Assembly: GCF_964204645.1 (NCBI RefSeq)
Contig: NC_134026.1
Span: forward strand, 16,712,150 to 16,776,149
DNA from: Tubulanus polymorphus
Lineage: Eukaryota > Animalia > Nemertea
Direction of reading: 5' to 3'
DNA: 64,000 nucleotides
In this document: positions 24,730 through 38,739 of the stretch, piece by piece
Position numbering within the stretch: position 1 is the first letter of the stretch
Layout: every line of letters begins with the position of its first letter
Translations under genes and position numbers: made by a program
The notes under the pieces: generated by a model
Told to the model about the DNA's origin: nothing
What the model saw: only the letters and a program-made list of their open reading frames with translations
The model's database searches: none

Positions 24730-25270
24730 AGAGGGCCTACGTTGGGTTCAAATCAGAATTTTAAGATTTGTTTCATTTAATTCCAGGTTTTCACTGTAGA
24801 TTATCAAAGACATGTGGCGTCGTGGGAGTTCATAGTTGTTTGATAATCCATCATTTGTAAGTGTAAGGCTATTTGAGGGATTCGAAACCGACATTTTGTA
24901 AATTTTGTAGCTTTATTACGTTTAATTCCAGATGTTTATCATGACACGTTTCATTTTGGGGGTTTGTCAGCGAGTTGGTATACTGTCGGCAGAAGTAGTT
25001 TGATAATTCGTTTCATGTAAGTAAACAGCTATTTGAAGGATTCGAAACCGAAATCTGTATTGTGAATTTTTTAGTTGTATTTTGTTTGATTCTAGGTGAA
25101 TAGGACATGATTCATTTTGGGAGTTTGTCCGCGAGTTTGTATACTGTCAAATGAAGTTTCTTCGTCAATTTGTCGTATGTAAGTATCAATCTATAGGTTA
25201 TATATTAGGGGTTCGATACAGAAATTTGGTGAATTCCTCAGATTTATTTTAATTTATTCCAGGTTGTTAA
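24730..25270. repeat. Degenerate ~160-bp tandem repeat (3-4 units)
   Basis: Recurring gtaagt...ctat...ttcga(a/t)ac...aatt blocks at ~24858, ~25018 and ~25179. Confidence 0.5.
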
Positions 25271-26759
25271 CAGAAAAATATGTACTTTATTTCATAGGTT
25301 GGTCTTTGATTGAAAACTAAAAATGGATGATAGTTCTAAATTTGATGTTGATTCACATGACCAATCTAGTAAGTATGGCTCTAGTAAGTATGGCGTAAGC
25401 ATGTCTTTTAGAATAAGAGACCTATAGCATTAATCCTTCAATTCAAGTTGCTATACAACCTTTTATACAGATATTAACCATATCAATATAAACATGTATT
25501 TGCCATACAATTCAGTAAAACTTTTCCCGTCCAGATTTTGAAACATCATTTGACTCAATTTTTCCTCCTAGCAAATTGCTTTAGCTCATTCCAATGTTCG
25601 CAGTAAAAGTGAATTGTAGCATGTATGATTCCCATCCATCAATTTTGTCTTGTTTCGTATTTTTAGCGAAAATCTCGAAAATGTCTGACGTCGAAGCAGG
25701 TGGTGGCCAGAAAAAGATATATTCTTGGGAAATATTTAAAGACGCATGGCAAACACACTTATTGTTCACTTTTTTCCTATCCTTGTTTTGAAATTGAAGT
25801 ATTGTAATAAACTATTGATTTATTTTTGTTGATCGACGCAACTAGTTTTGTTGTTTTTTTTCTTAATTTACATTTGAATTGGATGGTCATCTTGCGTAGG
25901 AGTCAGTTTGTCATCGAAGCAATACAGTCTAACTTGTTGACGTCTCAGATGCAGCGGGGCAGGGCGGTCATTATATTGTGGACTTATCCAAATTACACAT
26001 ACACAGCCCAACGTGTTTCAGTGTGTAAACTCCGTCGTACTCGGCATTATAAGACAGTGAGGAATTGAGTTTTAGTCACCTGAGCCCTCGGCTTGATTCG
26101 ACCAAAAAGACCTTAGCTGACTTCACAGAATTTGTTTATGAGTCAAGGATTTTCTAAATTTCTGAATGCTTTCTCTGGTTTTAAGATCAATTCAAATTCA
26201 ATCTTCAAAATATTTTATTGAAAGAAATTCTACTGAAGACAGATTTTGAAATGAAGGATATATCCAGGCAAATAATTACAGCAAAATCAACTGATGATCA
26301 TCAAGGTGAAGTTTTCATTCATCTTCGGCTAATTTGTCTACCCCTGATGATTGAAGCATTTTGGTTACTCGCGCCAATTAGTCAGCCACAGTCGATTTCA
26401 TGCCATCTGACCTCTTTCCATCTGTAATTAAGCAATCAAATGTAAGATTTAATTAGGTAAGGAGCGAAATAATATATAGATATCTTAGGAGACTATTTGA
26501 AATCATGAGTTTGTCGTGAAAATCTATTACTACAGTCTCGTAGAGCATAGACACCAAGCCACGTGGCATTGGTATTTTAAGGGCTATTCAGTTTACTCCA
26601 AAACAAGTCAATGATTAACATTAAAAAAGCTTCATATCAAGGGTATGTCGCAGGACTCGTGACGCCCATGAATTATCATCCCATAATTACAATGAATCCA
26701 ATTCTGCATGTACGTTAGCACGACTGATTACTAATCCAAATATTGCATTACAACAACAA

Positions 26760-27118
26760 AAATATAGCTGCAAAGCAGCGATAACGGGTTTTCTGCACAG
26801 TCTTAGAATCCTGTTCAACGGTCGATTTCGACAAAGCATTTGATAGGCACAACATAAGCCATTACTAAACCGGCTATTAGGAAACAGAATCAATGATAGG
26901 TCGCCCAAATAGCTCAGTAGTTATCTCTGAACGAAAACTTGTAGCCGAAATCAACGGAACGCCTCATCTCAAGTCGGTCTAACTAGTAGAGTATCCTAAG
27001 TCGTCTTCTGTTTAATGTCCTGACAAATGACATACACAGTAATCCAAAAAATACCAGACCGAGTAAATTTCCAAAACAAACTTAACACGTTGTTCGACCA
27101 AAAAACTTAATGTTCCGA
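26760..27118 (+). mobile_element. Non-autonomous Helitron/Helentron-like element head (family also at 13483 and 50900-51287)
   Basis: aaatatagctgcaaagcagcgataacgggttttctgcacag... is ~350 bp near-identical to the reverse complement of 50900-51287. It has a terminal mini-hairpin GCTGC-aa-GCAGC. The class is inferred. Confidence 0.6.
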
Positions 27119-30100
27119 CAAAACCACGGGCGACAAAACCAAAATTATGAATTGTCGCGGGTGACAAAACCAAGATATTGAATTGTCACGGGCGACAAAA
27201 CAAAAATAATGAATTGTCGCGGGCGATAAAACCAAAATAATGAATTGTCGCGGGCGATAAAACCACAATAATGAATTGTCGCGGGCGTTAAAACCAAAAT
27301 ATTGAATTGTTGCAGGCGATAAAACCAAAATAATGAATTGTCGCGGACGACAAAAACAAACTATTGAATTGTTGCATGAGACAAAACCAAAATAATGAAT
27401 TGTCGCGGGCGACAAAACCAAACTAGGGGTCCAGGGACACCATGCTCACTTGGGCAGTGGTTTCAAATGCTCAACAATCTAACAATTTCAATACATAACG
27501 CCCTCTAGTGACCATATACAAAAACCAATGACCTTGAAACCCACCACAATCATAGAACATGTGAGCAGCTATGATTTTGTAATTGATTGTGATAACAAAA
27601 TATGCCTCGTTACCAATTTAATATGGAAATACTAAGTTATTCTACTATTCAACGCCCCCAGGTGACCATATGCAAAACCCAATGACCTTAAAACTCACCA
27701 CAATCGTAGTACATGTCATGAAATACAACTTTGCAATTGATCATAGTAACAAAATATGCCTAGGTACCAATCTAATAAGGAAATACTAAGCCATTCTACT
27801 ATTCAGCGCCCCCTGGTGACTATATGGAATAACTAATGTCCTTAAAAACTCACCACAATCATAGACGATATCATGAACTACAACTTTGCAATGGATCATG
27901 GTAATAAACTATGCCTAGTTACCAATCTAATAAGGAAAAACTAAGCTTTTCTACAATTAATCGCCCCCTGGTGACTATATGGAATAACTAATGTCCTTAA
28001 AAACTCACCACAATCATAGACGATGTCATGAACTACAACTTTGCCATTGATCATGGTAACAAAATATGCCTTGGTACAAATATAATATAGCGATACTAAG
28101 TTATTGTATTATTCAACGCCCCCTGATGGCCACATACAAAAACCAATGACCTTGAAACTCACCAAAATCATAGAACACGTTATGGGCTACAACTTTCCAA
28201 TTGAATATAGTAACACAATATGCTTAGGTATCAATAATTTGTGGAAAAACTTTTTCCCACCTACGAATGAGTACTGATGACACCAAGATGGCCGCCAATT
28301 GCGTCATAATTGGCTGATCAAAAATACCTGTCCCAGGTATAAAACATCCCTCTCTAAAGAATATCCATCAGCAATTGCAATGAGAAATGGCAAACCAGTA
28401 GGAAGCTACAGGACCTAGAATTCTGGCCAAAATTGACATTTTAGGGCACTAAAAAGGTCATAGGACGGCCATCTTGAGTCAGATCGACCCAATTTTCTTA
28501 TGCTGATGGGCCTTTGGTAGATTCAAATATAAACGAAAGATCAAGGTAATTGATCAAAGCGTCTTAAAAATTTTCTTCGGGCGACAAAACCAAAATAATG
28601 AATTGTCGCGGGTGCCCAAAAACAAAATATAAAACCAAAATAATGAATTGTCGCGGGCCTCAAAACCAAAAGAAGATTTGTCGCGGGCGACAAAACCAAA
28701 ATAATGAATTGTCGCTGGAGATAAAACCAAAGTAATGAATTGTCGTGGGCGATAAAACCAAAATATTGAATTGTCGCGGGCGACAAAACCTAACTAATGA
28801 ATTGTCGCGGGCGACAATGCCAAAAAAATAATTGTGGGGGCAACAAAACCAAAATAATGAATTGTCGCGGGCGACAAAACCAAAATGGTGAATTATCCAG
28901 GCGACAAAACCAAAATAATGAATTGTCGCGGGCGATAAAACCAAAATGATGAATTGTCTCGGGCGACAAAACCAAAATATTGAATTGTCGCGGGCGATTA
29001 AACCAAAATATTGAATTGTCGCGGGCGACAAAACCAAAAAAAAATTGTCGCGGGCTACTAAAACAAAATATAAAACCAAAATATTGAATTGTCACGGGCG
29101 ACAAAACCAAAATATGGAATTGTCGCGGGCGACAAAACCAAACTAATGAATTGTAGTGGGCGACAAAACCAAAAAAAGAATTGTCGCGGGCTACTAAAAC
29201 AAAATATAAAACCAAAATAATGAATTGTCGCGGGCGACAAAACCAAAAAGAAGAATTGTCGCGGGCGACAAAACCAAAATAATGAATTGTCGCTGGAGAT
29301 AAAACCAAAGTAATGAATTGTCGCCAAAATATTGAATTGTCACGGGCGACAAAACCAAGATATGGAATTGTCGCGGGCGACAAAACCAAACTAATGAATT
29401 GTAGTGGGCGACAAAACCAAAAAAAGAATTGTCGGAGCGACAAAACCAAAATAATGAATTGTCGCGGGCGATAAAACCAAAATAATGAATTGTCGCGGGC
29501 GACAAAACCAAAATAATGAATTGTCGCGGGCGACAAAACCAAAATGGTGAATTGTCGTGGGCGACAAAACCAAAATGGTGAATTGTCGCGGGCGACAAAA
29601 CCAAAATAATGAATTGTCGCGGGCGACAAAACCAAAATAATGAATTGTCGCGGGCGACAAAACCAAAAAGAAGATTTGTCGCGGGCGACAAAACCAAAAT
29701 AATGAATTGTCGCTGGCGATAAAACCAAAGTAGTGAATTGTCGCGGGCGATAAAACCAAAATATTGAATTTTCGCGGGCGACAAAACCAAAATAATGAAT
29801 TGTCGCGGGAGACAAAACCAAAAAAAGAATTGTGGGGGCGACAAAACCAAAATAATGAATTGTCGCGGGCGATTAAACCAAATAATGAATTGTCGCGGGC
29901 GACAAAACCAAAAAAAAAATTGTCGCGGGCTACTAAAACAAAATATAAAACCAAAATAATGAATTGTCGCGGGCGACAAAACCAAAAAGAAGAATTGTCG
30001 CGGGCGACAAAACCAGAATAATGAATTGTCGCTGGAGATAAAACCAAAGTAATGAATTGTCGCCAAAATATTGAATTGTCACGGGCGACAAAACCAAGAT

Positions 30101-33100
30101 ATGGAATTGTCGCGGGCGACAAAACCAAACTAATGAATTGTAGTGGGCGACAAAACCAAAAAAAGAATTGTCGGGGCGACAAAACCAAAATAATGAATTG
30201 TCGCGGGCAATAAAACCAAAATAATGAATTGTCGCGGGCGACAAAACCAAAATAATGAATTGTCGCGGGCGACAAAACCAAAATGGTGAATTGTCGCGGG
30301 CGACAAAACCAAAATGGTGAATTGTCGCAGGCGACAAAACCAAAATGGTGAATTGTCGCGGGCGACAAAACCAAAATAATGAATTGTCGCGGGCGACAAA
30401 ACCAAAATAATGAATTGTCGCGGGCGACAAAACCAAAAAGAAGATTTGTCGCGGGCGACAAAACCAAAATAATGTATTGTCGCTGGCGATAAAACCAAAG
30501 TAGTGAATTGTCGCGGGCGATAAAACCAAAATATTGAATTTTCGCGGGCGACAAAACCAAAATAATGAATTGTCGCGGGAGACAAAACCAAAAAAAGAAT
30601 TGTGGGGGCGACAAAACCAAAATAATGAATTGTCGCGGGCGACAAAACCAAAATAATGAATTGTCGCGGGCGATAATAGCAAAATGATGAATTGTCTCGG
30701 GCGACAAAACCGAATAATGAATTGTCGCGGGCGATAAAACCAAAATAATGAATTATCGCGGGCGATAAAACCAAAATATTGAATTGTCGCGGGCGATTAA
30801 ACCAAAATAATGAATTGTCGCGGGCGACAAAACCAAAAAAAAAATTGTCGCGGGCTACTAAAACAAAATATAAAACCAAAATATTGAATTGTCACGGGCG
30901 ACAAAACCAAAATATGGAATTGTCGCGGGCTACTAAAACAAAATATAAAACCAAAATAATGAATTGTCGCGGGCGACAAAACCAAAATGAAGAATTGTCG
31001 CGGGCGACAAAACCAAAATAATGAATTGTCGCTGGAGATAAAACCAAAGTAATGAATTGTCGCCAAAATATTGAATTGTCACGGGCGACAAAACCAAGAT
31101 ATGGAATTGTCGCAGGCGACAAAACCAAACTAATGAATTGTAGTGGGCGACAAAACCAAAAAAAGAATTGTCGCGGGCGACAAAACCAAACTAATGAATT
31201 GTAGTGGGCGACAAAACCAAAAAAAGAATTGTCGCGGGCGATAAAACCAAAATAATGAATTGTCGCGGGCGACAAAACCAAAATAATGAATTGTCGCGGG
31301 CGACAAAACCAAAATGGTGAATTGTTGCGGGCGACAAAACCAAAATGGTGAATTGTCGCGGGCGACAAAACCAAAATAATGAATTGTCGCGGGCGACAAA
31401 ACCAAAATAATGAATTGTCGCGGGCGACAAAACCAAAAAGAAGATTTGTCGCGGGCGACAAAACCAAAATAATGAATTGTCGCTGGCGATAAAACCAAAG
31501 TAGTGAATTGTCGCGGGCGATAAAACCAAAATATTGAATTTTCGCGGGCGACAAAACGAAAATAATGAATTGTCGCGGGAGACAAAACCAAAAAAAGAAT
31601 TGTGGGGGCGACAAAACCAAAATAATGAATTGTCGCGGGCGACAAAACCAAAATAATGAATTGTCGCGGGCGATAATACCAAAATGATGAATTGTCTCGG
31701 GCGACAAAACCGAATAATGAATTGTCGCGGGCGATAAAACCAAAATAATGAATTATCGCGGGCGATAAAACCAAAATATTGAATTGTCGCGGGCGATTAA
31801 ACCAAAATAATGAATTGTCGCGGGCGACAAAACCAAAATATTGAATTGTCGCAGGCGACAAAACCAAAAAAAAAATTGTCGCAGGCGACTAAAACAAAAT
31901 ATAAAACCAAAAAAATTAATTGTCGCGGGCGACAAAACCAAAACGAAGAATTGTCACGGGCGACAAAACCAAAATAATGAATTGTCGCTGGGGATAAAAC
32001 CAAAATATTGAATTGTCGCAGGCGACAAAACGAAAATAATGAATTGTCGCGGGCGATAAAACCAAAATAATGAATTGTCGCAGGTGACAAAACCAAAATG
32101 GTGAATTGTCGCGGGCGACAAAACCAAAATGGTGAATTGTCGCGGGCGACAAAACCAAAATAATGAATTGTCGCGGGCGAAAAAACCAAAAAGAAGAATT
32201 GTCGCGGGCGACAAAACCAAAATAATGAATTGTCGCTGGCGATAAAACCAAAGTAGTGAATTGTCGTGGGGGATAAAACAAAAATATTGAATTTTCGCGG
32301 GCGACAAAACCAAAATATTGAATTGTCGCAGGCGACAAAACCAAAATAATGAATTGTCGCAAGCGACAAAACCAAACTTATGAATTGTCGCGGGTGACAA
32401 AACCAAAAAAAGAATTGTGGGGGCGACAAAACCAAAATAATGAATTGTCGCGGGCGATAAAACCAAAATAATGAATTGTCGCGGGCGACAAAACCAAAAT
32501 AATGAATTGTCGCGGGCGACAAAACCAAAATGGTGAATTGTCCAGGCGACAAAACCAAAATGGTGAATTGTCGCGGGCGACAAGACCAAAATAATGAATT
32601 GTCGCAGGCGATAAAACCAAAATGATGAATTGTCTCGGGCGACAAAACCAAAATTATGAATTGTTGCGGGCGATAAAACCAAAATAATGAATTATCGCCG
32701 GCGCTAAAACCAAAATATTGAATTGTCGCGGGCGATTAAACCAAAATAATGAATTGTCGCGGGCGACAAAACCAAAATATTGAATAGTCGCGGGCGACAA
32801 AACCAAAAAATATATTGTCGCGGGCGACTAAAACAAAATATAAAACCAAAATAATGAATTGTCGCGGGCTACAAAACCAAAAAGAAGAATTGTGGCGGGC
32901 GACAAAACCAAAATAATGAATTGTCGCTGGAGATAAAACCAAAGTAATGAATTGTCGTGGGCGATTAAACCAAAATATTGAATTGTCGCGGGCGACAAAA
33001 CCAAAATATTGAATTGTCGCGGGCGACAAAACCAAACTAATGAATTATCGTGGGCGAAAAAACCAAAAAAGAATTGTCGGGCGACAAAACCAAAATAATG

Positions 33101-33680
33101 AATTGTCGCTGGAGATAAAACCAAAGTAATGAATTGTCGTGGGCGATTAAACCAAAATATTGAATTGTCGCGGGCGACAAAACCAAAATATTGAATTGTC
33201 GCGGGCGACAAAACCAAACTAATGAATTATCGTGGGCGAAAAAACCAAAAAAGAATTGTCGGGCGACAAAACCAAAATAATGAATTGTCGCGGGCGATAA
33301 AACCAAAATAATGAATTGTCGCGGGCGATAAAACCAAAATAATGAATTGTCGCGGGTGACAAAACCAAAATGGTGAATTGTCGCGGGCGACAAAACCAAA
33401 ATGGTGAATTGTCGCGGGCGACAAAACCAAAATGGTGAATTGTCGCGGGCGACAAAACCAAAATGGTGAATTGTTGCGGGCGACAAAACCAAAATGGTGA
33501 ATTGTCGCGGGCGACAAAACCAAAAAGAAGAATTGTCGCGGGCGACAACCCAAAATAATGAATTGTCGCTGGCGATAAAACCAAAGTAGTGAATTGTCGT
33601 GGGCGATAAAACCAAAATATTGAATTGTCGCGTGTGACAAAACCAAAATAATGAATTGTCGCGGGCGACAAAATCAAAAT
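27119..33680. repeat. 31-bp satellite (CGACAAAACCAAAATAATGAATTGTCGCGGG)n with higher-order structure, interrupted at 27422-28575
   Basis: About 10 units at 27119-27421 and roughly 160 units at 28579-33680. Each unit holds the inverted pair GCGACAA/TTGTCGC. Confidence 0.97.
27422..28575 (+). mobile_element. Insertion (Helentron-like) carrying five ~154-bp internal tandem repeats
   Basis: Starts aactaggggtccagggacaccatgctcac. Repeat units are marked by cgccccctggtga at ~27499, 27653, 27807, 27962 and 28117. Confidence 0.65.
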
Positions 33681-34896
33681 CATCGTTTTCTCGCGTTATT
33701 TTAGTTTTATCGTTTCGTCGTAATGTCGCCCTCATTTGCATATTCGTGTTTTTTTATCTTATCAGCCACCATACTAAAGCCTTAAGGTCGCGTAAAACTC
33801 GATAAACACTTCAAGCGACACAGCGAACGATCTCCTTTCCCCCACAGCGAACGCTTACTCCGAATGTCAAGTGTGAGTCCAGCATACGGATAGGAGTGTG
33901 TTATATACTTGTATTTAGTAAATACCTTGTGCATTTGACAAGAATCGGTATGTACTGTAGGAAATATAGAGTATTGATAAATGGTTGAAGCCCGCGGCCG
34001 AATAAAGTAATATGTTCTTTTATTTTGATACCTCGTCGACATAACAGCTTTTCTCCGCCATATCTCTTCGGCCTGTTTAGTTTAGGGGTTGAGGGTTCGA
34101 ATCCTAGTGAAACCATGCATTATCACAGTACAGCGCCGGCACGCAAATATTGTTTTATTAATGAAACAACATGGTGGATGGTTGAAATCATTCGGCTTAA
34201 ATTTATCGCGAGTTTTAGGACTTTAATGAATTTCACGAAACCATGATTTCTAAAATGAGTCAATTGATCGATTCTATTCGTAAATCAATTTACGTTGGCT
34301 ACATTTCCTGAAGATTTCGGTGTCAAATCAACGTGATATGGACAGAAATTGTAGGAATTTTCACACGGAATTTTACTTCCGCGTTCAGTTGACGACTCGG
34401 ATCGGTGACAACGACAGCGGAGTTTGTGTATTTTAAGGTAAGAATCCGTTAACCAGGGAATGTATTAAATGATTTCTTTAATAATATGAGTATGGTAGCA
34501 AATGAGTAGGCCTACTCGGTGAAGCAATGATCATTGCTGGCTACTTACTTAATGCCTAGCTTTTTTGGGGGATGCGCCTAGAATAAATTTAGGCCCTAAA
34601 TATAATGGGTAGAGCCAGTAAGTTGAATGCCTTAATAGCAGCTAGTTATGGCCTGGTTTACACTGAATGTGCATGACAATTTATTTTGATTACTTTCTTT
34701 CCAGCTATTATTCGTGGAATGAACTGGTCACTACGGTCTTCAATTCCTTTGCGGATTCTTGCAGGAATATTAAACCACAGTGCGCAAATGTATGTTTCAA
34801 ATTAGGCTTTTTCGACATTGACAGCCAAAGACGTAACTTAACACGCTAACTGAAGCGCAACTGTCTCAGATGCTGTAAGTACTTGACGTTTTGCGT

Positions 34897-36112
34897 AATT
34901 AGGGTTTTCTGTTACATCACAGAAAACCCTATTGAGATTCGCGTGTTTCTTCTTATTAGGGTTTTCTGTTACATCACAGAAAACCCTATTGAGATTCGCG
35001 TGTTTCTTATTATTAGGGTTTTCTGTTATTTCACAGAAAACCCTATTGATATCCGCGTGATTATTATTATTATTATTTTCTTCAACACTTTTTTTACCAA
35101 AAGAACATAGGCTTTGTTACCTTACCGCTGTTTCATATACAATCCATATAATATCGTTCAGCTCACTGAGATCTACAAATAGCCCGCGTGTTTTTTCACG
35201 AATCATCGTTACAAAAGCGCTGTTGGGCTGTAAACATCGAAAATTTAGCCCCATTCAATGGGGCGACATGTTTTTCGAGTCGTCATCCCGAAATCAACCC
35301 GCAGGCCGACTGTCACTTCGATTATCAATTCAAGTATAAATGAACTAATTTATTGCCGCAGACTTCACATTCAGTCGCGGTCTTCAAGCAGTGATTTTAA
35401 CAATAGCCCATTTTCCTCATCAAATCATATTACCGATACACTGGAAATTTACTACTTTAGATTTTAAAAGCACTGTCGAGCCGTAAACATCGAGGAATCG
35501 ACGTGTGTTACTACATCGTCGTTCCGGGGATCAGCTGCGAGTTTCTCCTCATCATGAGAATCAAATCGAGTACAAATTAATTTATTACTACCAGTGATTT
35601 GGCTGCGGGTTTCAAGGAGTTAGTTTAACAGTACCTATTTTTCTTTACCGAATTAACCGTGTATTTACTAAGATAAATATTTAGTGTACCGGGGAATCGT
35701 AGGCTCTCAGTTGTGAGTCAAACACCTTATCCACCCTGCCACAGGACAGAACGCGTCTTTTACCGTTAGTGGGAGTACGCGACACGGCGAGTGGCCATTG
35801 CTACTTTCATCCGGTGTTATCTTACAGTAAGTAATTTTAAGTTTGAAATAGGATGGAGAGTGCATAGATAGAATCAACGCGGAGAGAATGAGTGTTATAT
35901 TACTATCAGAATTCTACATTTCGATTAGAAGCTGTTAGTTGTCGAATCTGATAGAAGATGAATTTTATGTGCGGAAAAAAAAGTGGAAAATATGTAAATA
36001 ATAATAATAATAATCAACAGAATTACAAGAGGGTTTTCGACGAAAGTCAGAAAACCCTAATAATCACGCGAATTTCAATAGGGTTTTCTGTGAAGAAACC
36101 GAAAACCCTAAT
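34897..36112. mobile_element. Element bounded by inverted TAGGGTTTTC...GAAAACCCTA hairpin ends (Helentron/MITE-like); left end triplicated
   Basis: Three ~56-bp copies of tagggttttctgtta.cacagaaaaccctattga at 34897-35060, with an inverted counterpart at 36028-36112. Confidence 0.6.
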
Positions 36113-36559
36113 AAAATTTCATAATGGTTACCTAATTGATTTAGATAATTTTCCAGTAATTTATGAATAAGTTATAAGATGGAAAGAATAATGTTTTCAC
36201 TATATAAATATGAATATAACAGTAGGAGCGAGTATATGTTTTGGATTTGATTTTAAACGTGAGAAAGAAGTGAAATTTAATATAAATGATGTAACAACAC
36301 ATATTACATTAAAAATATTGCATTATTCATGAATCAAAATTTGATTATGTAACAACAATAAATAAAGAAACTTATAATGTAGAAAAGATAACTGCTTTCT
36401 TTAAGATTTTATGAATTAGATGAAGATTTTATTATCGATGATATTAAAAAAATTATAACTGAAATATATGAAAATGAAACGAATAATGATGAAAATGTTG
36501 AAATGATTATAACTAAGATAACTAAATATTTTGAAGAAGGTGATTCTTTTTATAAATAA

Positions 36560-36787
36560 ATGAATTATAATAAGTGGATAATAACTGGTTCATATAATGG
36601 AGCATTACTATCAGTGGGAACAGTTGGTTATACAATGTTATTGAAGAAAGTATTCAAAATAGGAAATATCGTTGTTGATAGATTTGATATAAATGATATT
36701 TTAGAATTAACATTAGCAGTAATTTTATCTAATTTAACAATTGAGTATTTCGAAAAACACAAATATATTCCTCCTATAAATGCATAA
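36560..36787 (+). CDS. Small hydrophobic putative virion/membrane protein
   Basis: Intact 75-aa ORF with a TAAATAAATG start and two hydrophobic segments. Confidence 0.55.
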   Translation: MNYNKWIITGSYNGALLSVGTVGYTMLLKKVFKIGNIVVDRFDINDILELTLAVILSNLTIEYFEKHKYIPPINA

Positions 36788-36801
36788 TGTTTGTTAAATA
36801 A

Positions 36802-37223
36802 ATGGCTTCTGCAATTATAACCATTATAGGATCAGCAATTGTTAACGCTTTAGAATTTATAGGTGGTGGATATATATTTAAACATATTGATAAAAATGGT
36901 TCATTATCGGAACAAAAAAGACGTAACTTAGCGTTAGAAAAATATAATAAAGCAGCAGAAGAATATAAGAAAAAAGACAAAATTATATGGATTATATTAA
37001 TGAAGAATTATATAATCGGAAAATTTCACACCGAGATTTTCAATCAGTCGATGATGCTATGAGGTTATATAACGCAGTAACAAATAAAGAAAAATTACGT
37101 CTATATAAACCTACAATATCGGCTTATTATACCCCAAGTAATGAACAGAAGAAATATGAAATAATTTGGATTTTAGGTGACACTGTTATTGTTATATTTG
37201 TAGCATATAAATTTACAAATTAG
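36802..37223 (+). pseudogene. Putative structural/membrane protein (frameshifted)
   Basis: MASAIITIIGSAIVNALEF...EQKRRNLALEKY joins DYINEE...YYTPSNEQKKYE plus a C-terminal hydrophobic tail. Confidence 0.5.
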
Positions 37224-37241
37224 TAATTTTTTGCTAAATAA

Positions 37242-37668
37242 ATGAATGATAAAATCGATAATATTGAAATTATTCCTCATGATATAAATAAAACTAAATT
37301 AAAAATATATTTAGAAAAACAAATATTAGAATTTGAAAATGATTTAAGAATTAAAAAGAAAAAATATTTTGAAAGTAAAATTATATATTATTTTATTATT
37401 AGTGGTTCGGTTACAATTAGTTCTGTAATAACATTTTTAGCAATATTCAGTCCATTAATACCTTTAGCTATATCAATTGACTTTTTAGGTTTAAGTTCAA
37501 GTGTTTCAACCGGCGTCAAATTTAAATACAAAAAGTAATAAAGGAAAAATTAAATCTAATATAAAATAAATAAATTAATTAAAAAATACATTAGATTATA
37601 TTATTGGTTTAAATGGTAATATAACAATTGAAGAACAAGAAAAATTATTAAAAGAATTAATTAATTGT
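37242..37668 (+). pseudogene. Two-TM putative membrane protein
   Basis: Hydrophobic hairpin IIYYFIISGSVTISSVITFLAIFSPLIPLAISIDFLGLSSSVS; TAAATAAATG start. Confidence 0.45.
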
Positions 37669-38739
37669 TAATTTCTTTATTATATAAATGGTAGATAGTT
37701 TTCCAAAAGCTTTCCAATATAATAGATTAATTAAATATAATATTCCAGCAATAGATTTTAATAAAAATATTACATACAAAAACGAAGTTTTAAATTCATT
37801 TATTAATTTAGATATTTATGTTACTAAAACTATTAATTTTGATGTAAAGATGGAAAATATATTTTATGTATAATTAATTTTTAAAAATTGAAAGATAAAA
37901 AACAATGGGTTTTAAAACCCAGTATGAAATATTGGCAGAACCAATACAATTTTGCAGTTTATTGCGCAACAACAGGATGTGGAATTGGTTGGAATGATCA
38001 TTTAAATAATTCAAAATATAAATCAATTCAAAGTTTATTTAGATTTCATACTTTTTTCAAATAAGATTACTATTAAATGAATTAGAATGTCCTTTACCAG
38101 GATCTAGATATTTTGAAGAAATAGATAATAATATTAATTTATCAAAGCTTTATGAAGTTTGTGATGAATTTAATACAAAGATAAATATTTCTGATTTTCG
38201 AACAAAAATTGGAACAATAAGATCAATTCCTTGTACTGAAAATATTTAACAATATTGCACACTTCCCATACCATCCAATAATAATGTAAGATATCAAAAT
38301 TATTTAGATAAATCTCATATAAGATTAAATTATTGTAAAGGTCCTAATTTATTAATTATTTCTGATGATTTAATATTCGAAATGGGAAATATAATTGGTT
38401 ATAATAATTTGATTAAAACTGCAACAATAAATAATTCATTTGGATTAAATGGTATAGATAAAACAATTATCACTGCTCCAAAACTAATGGAAGTTGAAAA
38501 AATTAAAAAAAATATTCAATCAACTGAAATTAAAACTAAGAATATTAAATTAAATAATGATTCTAAAATAAAAGATTACAATACATCAGGAAATATAAAA
38601 ACTGATAATATTCAGCATGAAATAATTAAAACTAATAATGATAAAAAATCACATGAAAATAGTAAATTAACTATAACTTGTATAGGAATTGTAATAGGAG
38701 GAATATTATATTTTTAATTTTAATTTTTATAAGATATAA

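Noticed and set aside
28579-33680. CRISPR-like array (palindromic ~31-bp repeats)
   Set aside because: There are no unique spacers, the units are directly tandem, no cas genes are present and the context is eukaryotic.
27107-33741. Many long ORFs (VLSPATIHYFGFVARDNS...) in the ORF track
   Set aside because: These are translations of the 31-bp satellite, open in several frames only because the unit lacks stops on that strand.
34080-34115. Possible tRNA gene (GGTTCGAATCC B-box)
   Set aside because: No cloverleaf or convincing A-box; at most a SINE remnant.
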